The position numbers and the translations under genes were made by a program. The notes beneath the pieces were generated by a model. The model was given only the letters and a program-made list of their open reading frames with translations, had not been told where the DNA came from and did not search any database. A stretch of 64,000 bases of DNA from an uncultured Chloroflexia bacterium (GTDB taxonomy: Bacteria; Chloroflexota; Limnocylindria; Limnocylindrales; CSP1-4): positions 32,001 to 96,000 of the forward strand of contig CAWEYL010000003.1 of NCBI GenBank assembly GCA_963813335.1, written 5' to 3'. Of this stretch, positions 1-12,646 are shown piece after piece (the first letter of the stretch is position 1; each line of letters begins with the position of its first letter).

Positions 1-1
1 G

Positions 2-382
2 CTCGCCGACAAGATCCTCGTGCCGGTCACCCCGGACGTCCCCGCGCTGCGCGCCGCGGTCCAGTTCCGCGACGTCTCGATCACGCTGGGCTGCCGCGAG
101 AAGATCGCCCTGCTGATCAACCGCGCCAACAGCGGGGTCTCCGTCGCCGACATCGAGCGGACCGTCGGCATGCCGGCCATCGCGCTGGTCCGCTCCGGCG
201 GACTGCTCTTCGTCCGAGCGGCCAATGAGGGCCGGACGGTCGCCGAGATGTTCCCCAAGGAACGGGTCACCGCCGACTTCGACAACCTGGCCGACGCGCT
301 CTTCGGCGTGGCGCCGACGACGGCCGCGGCCAAGCCGGCGATGCGAATATTCGCCCGCCAGAAGGAAGCCGCGAGCGCCTGA
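2..382 (+). CDS. CpaE/MinD/ParA-family ATPase, C-terminal part (5'-truncated by window edge)
   Basis: Open frame from window start: LADKILVPVTPDVPALR...ALLINRAN...RAANEGRTV, typical of CpaE/MinD C-termini. Confidence 0.7.
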   Translation, partial: LADKILVPVTPDVPALRAAVQFRDVSITLGCREKIALLINRANSGVSVADIERTVGMPAIALVRSGGLLFVRAANEGRTVAEMFPKERVTADFDNLADALFGVAPTTAAAKPAMRIFARQKEAASA

Positions 383-423
383 TCCCGGCGGCTCCCGCCG
401 GTCACGAGCATCTCGCCGCGGGG

Positions 424-1062
424 CTACCCGCCCCCCGGACCGCCCGGTGTCAGGTCGGGCAACGGCTGCGCGCGCTCGCCGGCCATGCTGTCCACCTGGT
501 CCACCCCGCGCAGGTAGAACCGGTTCAACAGGATGACGGTCGCCTCGCCGCCGTCGATCGCGTCGTTTCCGAGCATGGCCCTGGCGTCGGTGACCGGGAT
601 GAACATGTCGCCCGAGCGGTCGAGCAGCCGCGACGGGTCCGTCCCCGGATAGAGGTAGACGGTCCCGACCACCCTGTACGGCGGGGCTTCGAGCGCGAGG
701 TCGTAGCGGACCTTGTGGATCCGGTGGGCCGTCTTCTCGTCCTCGGTCATCGGCGGCAGCGTCGTCTCGCCGGCGAGCACGAGGATCAGGTCGTAGGGGT
801 CGATGGCCCGCAGGCCCGGCGCCTCCGTCATCGGCCCGGAGCCGTCGACCGGGGCCCAGCGGACGTCGTCGATGGGCACGGACTCGCGCTTGTTGAGGAC
901 GTCCGAGAGGCGGCCGTCGACGTCCATCCGGCCCGTCAGGCGCCATTCCTCGGTCACCGCGTCGAACGCGATGCCCCGTCCGGGAGCTGCGGCGGGCGCG
1001 GCCGACGGCGCCGGCTCGGCGGCCGGCTCGTCTTTCCTGCGCTTCAGGAAATCGAACGGCAC
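424..1062 (-). CDS. Hypothetical protein with two tandem DUF6812-like beta modules
   Basis: GTG start 1 nt after the acs stop; two similar modules (WRLTGRMDVDGRLSDVLN...VPIDD and YRVVGTVYL...LLD...FIPVTDA); family assignment tentative. Confidence 0.6.
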   Translation of the reverse strand: MPFDFLKRRKDEPAAEPAPSAAPAAAPGRGIAFDAVTEEWRLTGRMDVDGRLSDVLNKRESVPIDDVRWAPVDGSGPMTEAPGLRAIDPYDLILVLAGETTLPPMTEDEKTAHRIHKVRYDLALEAPPYRVVGTVYLYPGTDPSRLLDRSGDMFIPVTDARAMLGNDAIDGGEATVILLNRFYLRGVDQVDSMAGERAQPLPDLTPGGPGGG

Positions 1063-1063
1063 G

Positions 1064-3040
<1,977 letters not shown>

Positions 3041-3128
3041 GTGGCCTCCTGCTACGACGGTCGCCCCATTCTAGCCAGCCGCCCGGCGGACCGGTCCGGC
3101 GCGCTCCGGACTCGCGGTGCGCGGACGC

Positions 3129-4070
3129 CTACTCGTCGGGGAGCAGGTCGTCGTCGCTGGGGCCGGCCTCGGTGGTCGCGGCGTCCGCGAACGGACCCGG
3201 CTCACGCGCCAGCACGACGCGCTGCGGGCGGGGGATCTCGATGCCGTTGGCGGTGAACGCGGCGAGCAGGCGCTTGCGCAGCTCGCCGCTGGCGGCCCAC
3301 TGGTCGGGCGCCCGCACGCTGCCCAGGATCTTGAGCGTGACGCCGTGCTCGGCGAGGGCCTCGACGCGCTCGACGCGCGGCGCCTCGAGGATCCGCCGAT
3401 GCCACAGCGGCTCGGCGGCCATCTCGCGGCCGACCGCGTCGACCACCTCGATCGCCTTGTCGATGTCGGTGCCGTAGGCCACGGTCACGTCCTGGTTGAT
3501 CCGCGACCAGACCCGGGTCAGGTTGGAGGCCACCTTGACCTCGCCGTTGGGCACGGTGTGGACGATGCCGTCGAGGTCGCGCAGCGTCGTGCGCCGCAGG
3601 GTGAAGTCCTCGACCGTGCCCGCCACCCCGCCGATGCGCACGACGTCACCCTTCGCGTACTGGTTCTCGACGAGGATGAGCGCGCCATTGAGGTAGTCGC
3701 GGACCATGCTCTGCGCCCCGAAGCCGACCGCGATGCTGACGACCCCGAGGCCCGCGAGCGCGGGCCCGATGTTGAGCCCGAGCTCGCCCATGATCATCAA
3801 GCCGGCGATGACGAGGATGAAGAAGCGGAGGGCGTTGCCGAGGAGGGCATCGAGCGTATCCATCCGCTTGGCGATCTCGACGGCGCTCAGCTCCTGGGCC
3901 GTCCCCTCGGTGGTCTCCCGGTCGAGCAGCGTCTTGACGATGCCGTGCACGAAGATCCGGGCGAGTCGCAGCGCGATGACCGCGACGACCACGATGAGCA
4001 GGAGCGGCAGCACCTCGGCCTTGATCCAGGCGACGAGGTCGCTCCAGGGCGGCTTGTCCAGGTCGGGCAC
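3129..4070 (-). CDS. MscS-family small-conductance mechanosensitive channel
   Basis: TM helices, AVGFGAQSMVRD, GTVEDFTLRRTTLRDLDG..VPNG. Confidence 0.93.
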   Translation of the reverse strand: MPDLDKPPWSDLVAWIKAEVLPLLLIVVVAVIALRLARIFVHGIVKTLLDRETTEGTAQELSAVEIAKRMDTLDALLGNALRFFILVIAGLMIMGELGLNIGPALAGLGVVSIAVGFGAQSMVRDYLNGALILVENQYAKGDVVRIGGVAGTVEDFTLRRTTLRDLDGIVHTVPNGEVKVASNLTRVWSRINQDVTVAYGTDIDKAIEVVDAVGREMAAEPLWHRRILEAPRVERVEALAEHGVTLKILGSVRAPDQWAASGELRKRLLAAFTANGIEIPRPQRVVLAREPGPFADAATTEAGPSDDDLLPDE

Positions 4071-4107
4071 GACGACAGCGTAGCGCGTGGGCCGCGTCGG
4101 CCGGGCG

Positions 4108-4914
4108 TCAGGCCGTGGCGGAGACCGGCTGGGGCGTCGGGCGGTCGGGGGCGGTGCCGCCGAGGCGGACCGAGATAGCCGCGGCGGCCTCGCGCGCCTG
4201 CGCCGCGAGCTCCGGGACGCGCCGCGGGGTCAGGCGAAACGCGGGACCCCAGATGTCGACGGCGGCGATGACGTTGCCACGGGCGTCGTGCACCGGTGCG
4301 GCGACGGCGTTGAGGCCCAGCTCGTACTCGCCGATGGCGGTGGCGTACCCGCGGCGGCGGATGCGCGCCAGCTCCTCGAGCAGCGGCTCGAGCTGCGTGA
4401 TGGTCCGCTCCGTGTAGCTGGCGAGGCCGCGCCGGACGATGCGGAGCACCTCGCGCTCGGCGAGGGCCGCCAGCAGGACCTTGCCCGACGCGACGCAGTG
4501 GAGCGGCGTCGCCCGACCGGTCCAGTCGCCGACCGCGATCAGGTTGGGGCCGTCCGCCTGGGCGACCGCGAGCATCGAGTCGCCGTCGAGGACGCCCAGT
4601 CCGGTCGTCTCATGGGTGAGGCGGGCAAGCCGCTCGAGCTCGGGCAGCGAGATGCCGCGCAGGTCGAGCGTCCGCTCAGCACGCTCGGCGAGCCGGATGA
4701 CGACCAAGCCGAGGCGGTACTTGCCCGTCTCGCCGTCCTGCTCGACGAGGCCCCGCTTCTGGAGCGTCGCGAGCAGCCGCGAGGCGGTCGACTTGTGCAG
4801 GCCGAGTCGGCGCGCCAGCTCGGTCACGCCGGCCTCGCCCTGGCTGTCGCCGAGGGCCAGCAGGAGCGCCGCGGCCCGGTCGACCGAGCGGACCGCGTTC
4901 CCGTCAAGCACCAT
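4108..4914 (-). CDS. IclR-family transcriptional regulator
   Basis: VRSVDRA..LL, HTH GVTELARRLGLHKSTASRLL, C-terminal effector domain (PLHCVASGK, AVAAPV); ATG at 4914. Confidence 0.95.
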   Translation of the reverse strand: MVLDGNAVRSVDRAAALLLALGDSQGEAGVTELARRLGLHKSTASRLLATLQKRGLVEQDGETGKYRLGLVVIRLAERAERTLDLRGISLPELERLARLTHETTGLGVLDGDSMLAVAQADGPNLIAVGDWTGRATPLHCVASGKVLLAALAEREVLRIVRRGLASYTERTITQLEPLLEELARIRRRGYATAIGEYELGLNAVAAPVHDARGNVIAAVDIWGPAFRLTPRRVPELAAQAREAAAAISVRLGGTAPDRPTPQPVSATA

Positions 4915-4925
4915 CGTGGCCCCGC

Positions 4926-6326
4926 TCAGCCCGCGGCCGGGGCGGCCATGCCGCCGTGGGGATGGGGTGGCGGGGCACCGTGGGCGCGGGCCTCGAGCGC
5001 GGCGTCGAGCGAATCGGCGAAGATCGAGACGATCCGGTCGACCGTGTCGCCGCCGGCGTGCGCCTCGCACATGAACCACGGCTCGCGCGAGTCGGGCTCC
5101 GGCATCGCGCCACGGGCGTGCATGCCGATGGCGATGGCGTCGTACAGCTCGTGGTCCGTGGTGGCCCAGTCGCGGTACTCGGTCGCCTCCTCCTCACGGA
5201 ACATGATCCCGAACATCGAGGGGTGCCCGGTGAAGTGGTACGGCAGCCCGGTCGGGTTGAGGATCTCGCGCAGGCCGTCCTGGATGCGCCGGCCGGTCGC
5301 GTGGACGGTCTCGAGGGCGTCCGTCTCCTTGATGATCGAGAGCGTCTTCACCGCGGCCGCGGCGGCCACCCGGTTCCCGGCGTACGTGCCGCCGTGGCTG
5401 ACCTTGTCGGGGAGGACGCTCATGACCTCGGCCCGGCCGCCGAATGCCGCTGCCGGATAGCCATTGCCCATCGCCTTGGCGTAGGTCGCGAGGTCCGGCT
5501 TGATGCCGAAGAACTCGGCCGCGCCGCCGCGCGCGAAGCGGAAGCCGGTCTTGACCTCGTCGAAGATCAGCAGGATCCCGAACTCCTGGGTGAGCGCTCG
5601 CATCGCCTGGTGGAACCCGGGCTTGGGCATGATCCCCTGGGCGTTGCCGAGCACCGGCTCGACGATGACCGCCGCGATCTGGTCGCCCTCGCGCTCGAAC
5701 AGGCGGCGCAGGAAGTCGATGTTGTTGTAGCGCGCCGGGATGATCGTGTCCGCGACGGCGCCGGGGATGCCGCGACCCCAGGCCAGGCGGACGGGGTTGT
5801 CCTCGTCGCCGAGCTCGGACATGTCGTCCGGCGAGACGCTGATCAGCGCGTAGTCGTGGACGCCGTGGTATTGGCCCTCGAACTTCACGATCTTCTCGCG
5901 CCCCGTGTACGCCCGGGCGATGCGCATCGCGTGCATCGTCGCCTCGGTGCCCGACACGGTCATGCGCGCCTGCTCGACCCAGCCCGTGAGCTCGCAAACG
6001 AGCTCCATCGCCCTGACTTCGTCCTCGGTCGTCAGGCTGAAGCTGACGCCGCGGCGCATGCGCTCGTTGACGTAGTCGTCGACCCGGGGGTCGCCGTGGC
6101 CGAGGATCACCGGGCCGTAGCCCATGCGCAGGTCGATGAACTCGTTGCCGTCCTGGTCCCAGACCATCCCGCCCTGGCCGCGATCGACATAGATCGTGTC
6201 CTCACCCCAGGCGCGGAAGTTCGAGTCCGTGCCGCCGGGCATCACGGCGAGCGCGCGCCGGTACATGGCGTGCTGCTGCTCTCGTCGGAGCGGTGGGACG
6301 GTTCGGGCGGCGGGTTCGGTGGCCAT
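4926..6326 (-). CDS. Class III PLP aminotransferase, glutamate-1-semialdehyde aminomutase-like
   Basis: MPGG, SGTEATM, KFEGQYHG, LIFDEVKTGFR, YAKAMGNGYP, HGGTYAGN motifs. Confidence 0.9.
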   Translation of the reverse strand: MATEPAARTVPPLRREQQHAMYRRALAVMPGGTDSNFRAWGEDTIYVDRGQGGMVWDQDGNEFIDLRMGYGPVILGHGDPRVDDYVNERMRRGVSFSLTTEDEVRAMELVCELTGWVEQARMTVSGTEATMHAMRIARAYTGREKIVKFEGQYHGVHDYALISVSPDDMSELGDEDNPVRLAWGRGIPGAVADTIIPARYNNIDFLRRLFEREGDQIAAVIVEPVLGNAQGIMPKPGFHQAMRALTQEFGILLIFDEVKTGFRFARGGAAEFFGIKPDLATYAKAMGNGYPAAAFGGRAEVMSVLPDKVSHGGTYAGNRVAAAAAVKTLSIIKETDALETVHATGRRIQDGLREILNPTGLPYHFTGHPSMFGIMFREEEATEYRDWATTDHELYDAIAIGMHARGAMPEPDSREPWFMCEAHAGGDTVDRIVSIFADSLDAALEARAHGAPPPHPHGGMAAPAAG

Positions 6327-6557
6327 GAAGGTCCTCAGCTGCGGGTTCGGGCCGCGCGACGACCCGCGGCGTGGGACGGGCGTTGCGCGATACGGGACGG
6401 AACCCGGGCATCGTGCCATACGGCTCAGGCCAGCGTCAACGCGACATTCGTACGAGATGGCTGCGAACCGTGCGAATCACGGCGGCTGCAGGTCCGTCCC
6501 CGACGGGATGCGTGCCGGAGCGCCGATCGCGCATCCGGCCCGGCGGGCCGTGTCACC

Positions 6558-7982
6558 ATGGCCGACGTGACCACGCGGCCCGACGCCACCCATCGCCGCG
6601 ACCCCGCCGAACCGGTCAGCTACTGGCTGCGCGGCCCGTCCCCGGTCATGGATCCCCAGCTCGTGGCCGGCGACGCGCTCGACGTGGACGTCGCCATCGT
6701 CGGAGGCGGCTTCACCGGCCTGTGGACCGCGATCGCCCTGACCGACACGGACCCGGGCCTGCGGATCGCCGTCCTCGAGGCCGAGACCGTCGCCTTCGGG
6801 GCCAGCGGCCGCAACGGCGGCTTCTGCGAGGCCAGCCTGACCCACGGACTGGCCAACGGGATCCGCCACTTCCCCGACGAGCTCGAGCGGCTCGAGCGCG
6901 AGGGGATCGACAACCTGCAGGGGCTGATCGCGTTCACCCGCGAGCACGCGATCGAGTGCGACCTCGAGGAGACCGGCACCCTGGCCCTCGCCGACCAGCC
7001 GCACCAGGTCGAGGAGTTCCGCGCCTGGGTGGACGAGGCGGCCGCGCACGGCGAGCACCTCGAGTTCCTCGACCGCGACGCCGTGCAGGCGGAGATCCAC
7101 TCCCCGCTCTGGCAGGCAGGGCTGTACCGGCCGCCCGGTCGCGACGTGGTGCTCGACCCGGCGGCGCTCTGCCGCGGGATCGCGCGAGTGGCACGCGAGC
7201 GCGGCGTCCGGGTGCACGAGGGGACGAGGGTCGCCCGCCTGGAACGCCGGGCCGGCGGCGTCCTGGTCCGGACGGCCGCGGGAGCGACGGTGCGGGCAGG
7301 GCAGGTCGTCGTGGCCACCTCGGCCTACTCGGGCTGGCTGCGCCGCCTGTCATCGCAGTTCGTGCCGGTCTACGACTACGTCCTGGTCTCGGAGCCGCTG
7401 GCGCCCGACGAGCGGCGCGCCATCGGCTGGGCGCGGCGCCAGGGCCTGTCGGACGCGAACAACCAGTTCCACTACTTCCGCCTCACCGCCGACGACCGGA
7501 TCCTGTGGGGCGGCTACGACGCCATCCACTACCCGGGCAGCCGGGTCGGGCCGGAGCTCGACCGCCGGCCGGCGACGTTCGAGAAGCTCGAGGCGCAGTT
7601 CTTCCGCGCGTTCCCGCAGCTCGAGGGCCTGGCCTTCCCGTACCGCTGGGGCGGCGCGATCGACACGACCTCGCGCTTCACGGTGACCTTCGGCCAGACC
7701 ATGGGCGGCCGGGTCACCTACGCGCTCGGCTACACCGGCCTGGGCGTCGGGACCAGCCGCTGGGCGGCCGGCGTGGTCCGGGACATCCTGCTGCGGCCCG
7801 ACGAGGACCGCCTGCGGCTCCGCATCGTGAGCAGCCCGCCGTTCCCGTTCCCGCCCGAGCCCATCCGCTCGATCGCGGTCGACACCGTGCGCCGCGAGCT
7901 CGACCGCGCGGACCGCGAGGAAGGGCGCCGCTCGGTCATCCTGCGGACGCTCGACGCCCTGGGGATCGGCTTCGACTCCTAG
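6558..7982 (+). CDS. FAD-dependent oxidoreductase (DadA/PuuB-like amine or amino-acid oxidase)
   Basis: SYW motif, DVAIVGGGFTGLW Rossmann motif, FGASGRNGGF, GYTGLGV. Confidence 0.9.
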   Translation: MADVTTRPDATHRRDPAEPVSYWLRGPSPVMDPQLVAGDALDVDVAIVGGGFTGLWTAIALTDTDPGLRIAVLEAETVAFGASGRNGGFCEASLTHGLANGIRHFPDELERLEREGIDNLQGLIAFTREHAIECDLEETGTLALADQPHQVEEFRAWVDEAAAHGEHLEFLDRDAVQAEIHSPLWQAGLYRPPGRDVVLDPAALCRGIARVARERGVRVHEGTRVARLERRAGGVLVRTAAGATVRAGQVVVATSAYSGWLRRLSSQFVPVYDYVLVSEPLAPDERRAIGWARRQGLSDANNQFHYFRLTADDRILWGGYDAIHYPGSRVGPELDRRPATFEKLEAQFFRAFPQLEGLAFPYRWGGAIDTTSRFTVTFGQTMGGRVTYALGYTGLGVGTSRWAAGVVRDILLRPDEDRLRLRIVSSPPFPFPPEPIRSIAVDTVRRELDRADREEGRRSVILRTLDALGIGFDS

Positions 7983-8012
7983 CGGTCGTCGAGGCCCGTC
8001 CTCGGCGGCTCG

Positions 8013-9698
8013 TCAGGCCGGGGTGGCCACCCACGTGGGGAGCTCGCTGCGCAGGGTGGCCAGCGGCATGGAGCCATGGCCGAGGACCGCGTCATGGAAG
8101 GCGCGCAGGTCGAACGCCGACCCGTCGCGCGCGCCGATCTCGCGGCGCAGCGCCTCGATGGCGCGCTGGCCGATCTTGTAGGTCAGGGCCTGGCCGGGCC
8201 AGCAGATGTAGCGGTCGGTCTCGATCTCGGCGTCCGTCACCGACAGGCCGGCCGAGCGGAGGAAGTCCACCGAGCGCTGGCGCGGCCAGCGCAGCGCATG
8301 CAATCCGGTGTCGACCACGAGCCGGGCCGCGCGCCACGCCTGGGCGTCGAGCATCCCGAAGCGCTCGGCCTCGTTGCGGAAGAGGCCCATCTCGTCGGCC
8401 AGGCGCTCGCTGTAGAGGCCCCAGCCCTCGACATACGCCCCGCCGACGCTGCGCACGCCGAGGCGGCGGAACGGGATGAGGTTGGGGTTCTCCATCTCGA
8501 GGGCGATCTGGAAGTGGTGGCCGGGGACCGCTTCGTGGTACGTCGTCGAGCCCAGCTTCGAGTACTTGCGGCTCGGCAGGTCGTAGCCGTTGGCGTAGTA
8601 GATCCCCGGCCGCGAGCCATCGGCCGCCGGCGGGAAGTAGTAGGCGAACGGCGCGTCGCGCTCCTTGTACTCCTCGACCGCGCGGACCTCGCAGGCGGAC
8701 TTCGGCAGCACGCCGAAGTACCGCGGCGCGATCGCCATGGCCCGCTCGATGTCCTCCTCGGCGCGGCCGACGAGCTCGGCCTTGGTCGACGGGGTGTTCT
8801 GAGGGTCGTCGTCGAGGGCGGCGCGATATGCGGCCGTGTCGTCGCCGAACCCGGCGGCGGACGCGATCTCGCGGCGCTCCTCCTCGATCGACTCGAGCTC
8901 CTCGAGGCCGATCCGGTGGACCTCCGCCGGGTCGAGCTCGAGGGTGGTCCAGCTGCGGATCTGGGTCCGGTAGATGGTGTCGCCGTCGGGCGCCGACCAG
9001 ATGCCCGGCTCCTCGCGACTGGCGTAGCGGTACTCGCCGCGAAGCGTGTCGAGGAAGGCGGCGTCCGCGGGCACGACCACGTCGCGCACGATCTCGCGGA
9101 TCCGCTCACGGTCCGCCTCCGATGCCACCTTGACCATCGACGGGACGATGGCCTGATCGATCGGGACGGCGAGCATCCGCTCGATCTGGGCGATGGTCCG
9201 CTCGGTGACGATGCGCGGCGCGGTCAGGCCGGACGCCAGCCCGTCGCGCAGCAGCTGGGCGTTGGCGGCCATGAAAGTGGGATAGGCATGCAGCCGGGCC
9301 ACGAACGCCTCGAAGCGCTCGGGGGTGTCGGCGGGCTGGAACTGGGTCAGTTGCGGCAGCAGCTGCTGCGGCCCGCCCATCTGGTCCACGACCCTGAGCT
9401 GCTCGAGGTGCTGCTGGTCCTCCTCCAGGTGGAGCGCGGCGATGACCAGCAGCATGTCGCGGGTGATGCGCGCCTCCGTCGGCAGGCCGTCGATCGGGAT
9501 GGCCTCGGCCTCGGCGGCCGTGCGCTCCATCAGCGAGCGGAGCGCCGCGCGGCCGTCCGGCCCCGGGTCGGGCAGCCGGTCCGCGTAGCGCGGGTCGCCG
9601 TAAACGGTGGCGATCGTCGGCTCGAGGGCGAGGGTCGCCTCCCAGTAGCGGTCGGCGAGGTCGTCGACGGGTGCGGCGAGCGGATCGGTCGATGCCAC
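8013..9698 (-). CDS. DUF885 family protein (putative metallopeptidase)
   Basis: HEAVPGHHFQ, EGWGLYSE, RAARLVVDTGLH, PGQALTYKIG motifs; AGGAGG before GTG 9698. Confidence 0.92.
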   Translation of the reverse strand: MASTDPLAAPVDDLADRYWEATLALEPTIATVYGDPRYADRLPDPGPDGRAALRSLMERTAAEAEAIPIDGLPTEARITRDMLLVIAALHLEEDQQHLEQLRVVDQMGGPQQLLPQLTQFQPADTPERFEAFVARLHAYPTFMAANAQLLRDGLASGLTAPRIVTERTIAQIERMLAVPIDQAIVPSMVKVASEADRERIREIVRDVVVPADAAFLDTLRGEYRYASREEPGIWSAPDGDTIYRTQIRSWTTLELDPAEVHRIGLEELESIEEERREIASAAGFGDDTAAYRAALDDDPQNTPSTKAELVGRAEEDIERAMAIAPRYFGVLPKSACEVRAVEEYKERDAPFAYYFPPAADGSRPGIYYANGYDLPSRKYSKLGSTTYHEAVPGHHFQIALEMENPNLIPFRRLGVRSVGGAYVEGWGLYSERLADEMGLFRNEAERFGMLDAQAWRAARLVVDTGLHALRWPRQRSVDFLRSAGLSVTDAEIETDRYICWPGQALTYKIGQRAIEALRREIGARDGSAFDLRAFHDAVLGHGSMPLATLRSELPTWVATPA

Positions 9699-9815
9699 GG
9701 TTCTCGGATCCTCCTGGGTACGGGCGCGCGCGTCAGGCGTCGGCAAGGGCCACCGGGGACGACAGCGTACCGCGTGCGGGACGGCCGCCATGTCGGCTGC
9801 GAGACACTCGTCGGG

Positions 9816-12646
9816 TCAGCCGCCGAAGAGCGGCATCTGGTCGCCGCGGCGCTCGATCATCGGGTCGAGGCCGAGGAGCGGCTCCAGATCGGCCAGGTCC
9901 GGTTGCTCGGCGGCGAGGAACCGGCCCAGGTGGTTCGACTTGATGATATTGAACCCGCCGTTCTCGAGCGCGGCGCGCAGCAGCGGCGAGCGGTCCAGCT
10001 TGTAGCGGACCAGCTCGGTCCGCTCGGGCGCGATGACGAGGAAGCGCACCAGCGAATCGTCGGCCGGGATCCGGTCGTGGCGGCGCAGCAGCGGCTCGCC
10101 CAGCATCGCGGTCCACTCGACCTCCCACAGGAGCGCCACCTTGCCGCGGATGTACCAGATGCAGTCGACGTCGCCGAGCTCCTCCGACGCCCGGCTGATG
10201 CCGCCCAGGTAGGCACGCTGCTCGCGGCCGTCGAGCCGGTCGCCGAGGAGCTCGCCATCGATCCGCCGCGTCTGCTCGCGGCGGGCGAGCCAGATGCGCA
10301 TCCCCAGGCGGTGGCCGGCGTCGGCGAGCTCGGCCAGGAGCGCGGTGTGCTCGTGGCTGCGCCGCAGGAGGTCCTCGCCGGTGACCAGGCGGTCCGGGGT
10401 GCTGGCCATGCTGCGGTAGCTCTCGAGGCAGGCGCGGACGAGCCCCTCGTCGGGCAGGTCGTGACCGGTGAAGAGGGTCGGCGATCCGGTCGAAGAACGC
10501 CAGCTCCGAGAGCGGGCCCGCCGTCGAGAGCAGGCTGAAGACCGCCCATTCCACGCGGTCGGCGAGCGGGACCGCGGCAGCCTCGCGGTCGGCCGGGTCG
10601 CCCAGCCACCAGCGGCCCGGCTCGATCTCCTGGAGGCGGGCGTTGGTCGGCCGGCTCATCTCGTCGCGGACCAGCGCCAGGAGCCGGTCGACCGGATCCG
10701 GCGCTGGCTTGCGGGCGCTGGCGATCCGGGGCGGGGCGACCGGCTCGCTCGGCGGGGCGCCGGCGGCTCGTTCGGCGGACCCGTCCGGTCGGGCGGGACC
10801 GGCGGTCCAGGTGCCGCCCTCGCCGGGCTCCGTCGCACCCGGGCGGTCCTCGTTCGGTGGCTCGGCGAGCGCGGTCGCCGTCCCGGGGGCCCCGATCTCC
10901 TCGTCGGCCGCGGGCTCGAGCGTCGCGAGCCGGCGGAGCTGCCCGGCGCGGTCGAGGCCGACGAGCACCTCGCCGAGCAACCGCTCGTAGCGGGCCGGCT
11001 CGCCGCGGGCGCGCAAGGTCTCGACCGCGACCTCGGTCACGGTCTTGGCCGCCTCGGCCGGCGAGAACGGCCGCTGGTCGAACCGCTCCGGCGCGGAGAA
11101 GAGGCCGGGGCCCGGGACCAGGTCGGGGTCGCCGGACCCGCCCGGGATCGGCGGGAGCGTCACATTCCCTCGCGTCCGCGGCGCCGGCGGCCGGGCGGCG
11201 CCCGGCGGCAGGAACTCGACGGACCCGCCGATGTCGTCGTCGCCGTCCGCCAGCCGTGCGCTGACGAGCCGGTAGCCGGCCCCGGCGCCGCCCAGGACGG
11301 CCGCGGCGAGGGCCTCGGGGCCGCCGTCCACGAGGAAGACCGCCCGCCCGTCACGGGCCATGACCGGGGTCGTCGCCTCGAGGGAGCGCCCGATGGTCGC
11401 CGCCTGCCAGCTCCACGGCGGCCGCAGCGAGGTCCCGCTCAGCGCGTCGATCGGCAGCAGGACCGCGGCCTCGTGCCCGAGGACCCACGAGGTCGCGTGA
11501 TAGGCGGCCGACAGCCGCTCCATGCTCGGGCGGACCGGGAGCTGGCCGAGCACGAGCCGGAGCCGCGGCGCCGGCAGGCCGCGACCCCCGGGCGCGGGCT
11601 CGTCCTGGAGCAGCCGCAACCCCGAGGGGCTCGACAGCGCCAGGACCGCGGTGGCGGTCCCCTCCCCCAGGCTGCGCAGGTCCTCGCCGAGGCGCGCCTG
11701 CAGCGGGCCGAGGGCGCCGCCCTCGAGCCGCTGGACGAACCCGCGCACGAGACGGACCGCATCCTCGAAGGCGAGCCACGGGTTGCGCTCGCGCCACTCG
11801 TCGGCCGCGGGCAGCTTCACGTGGCCGCCGACGATCCGCAGCGGCGCCGTCCGCCCCGGCCCGAGCGTCAGGCGGCTCGCCGGGAGGATCGAGTGCAGGA
11901 AGGCGAGCCGCAGCGCCGCGAGCACGGGCGCGGCCCGCAGGTCGCTCTCGATCCGGTCGATGATCGCCGCCAGGCCCACCAGCTGGCGCGGCGTATGCAG
12001 GGCGAGCAGCTCGTCGACCAGGTCCTCGGCCCCGTGGACGGCCGGGAACCGGCTGCGCAGGCCCGCGCGGACCGCCTCGAGGCCGACATCGGCGTGGAGC
12101 CGGACGAGGTCCTCCTCGTCGAGCGGCGCCTGGCGCTGCTCGCTGCCGCCCCGCTGGTCGCGGCAGACCGTGCAGCGGTAGTGCCGGGCGACCGGTCGCG
12201 GCTCGGCCGCTGCGGAACCGGGCTCCGCGGTCGGGTCGACGGCCCACGAGATCTCGTCGATGACGAGCGTCCGCGAGCACGTCGCGCAGCGCGTGGCGTA
12301 CAGGTCGCCGAGGGAGACCTTGAGGCTCGACTCCCGGCGGGGCGACGCCGCCATCGCCCTGGAACGCGGCGTCGAGGTGGCGGACATCGGGCGGGCGCAG
12401 GACGACGTCGGCGAGGACGCGGGTCAGCGGGCTCGATTCGAGGGAGATCGCCCGGCGCTGCCGGTCGACGGCCGCGCGGGCCACCCAGCCGCCACGGCCG
12501 AACAGGTCGGCGACGACGTCACCGGCGCTCGAATACAGGTCGATGCGCGAGGCGACGAGGGCCGGTGGCGGTGGCGGCGCCGCTCGCTCGAACGCCGGGA
12601 GGGAGAACCCGGGCTCGTTGTCGGAGGGCGAGGCGCGGCCGCTCAT
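9816..12646 (-). CDS. Degenerate DNA amino-methyltransferase-like protein with Zn ribbon and C-terminal PD-(D/E)xK-like domain; two apparent frameshifts (~12358, ~10480)
   Basis: Three ORF pieces join after removing single bases; motif I-like AGDVVADLFGRGG, CATC/CTVC pairs, motif IV position LVLGQLPV, C-terminal DVDCIW...WEVEW. Confidence 0.7.

Noticed and set aside
4926-6326. Naming the aminotransferase hemL
   Set aside because: Clearly homologous, but motif deviations and the IclR/oxidase context leave true HemL function unsupported
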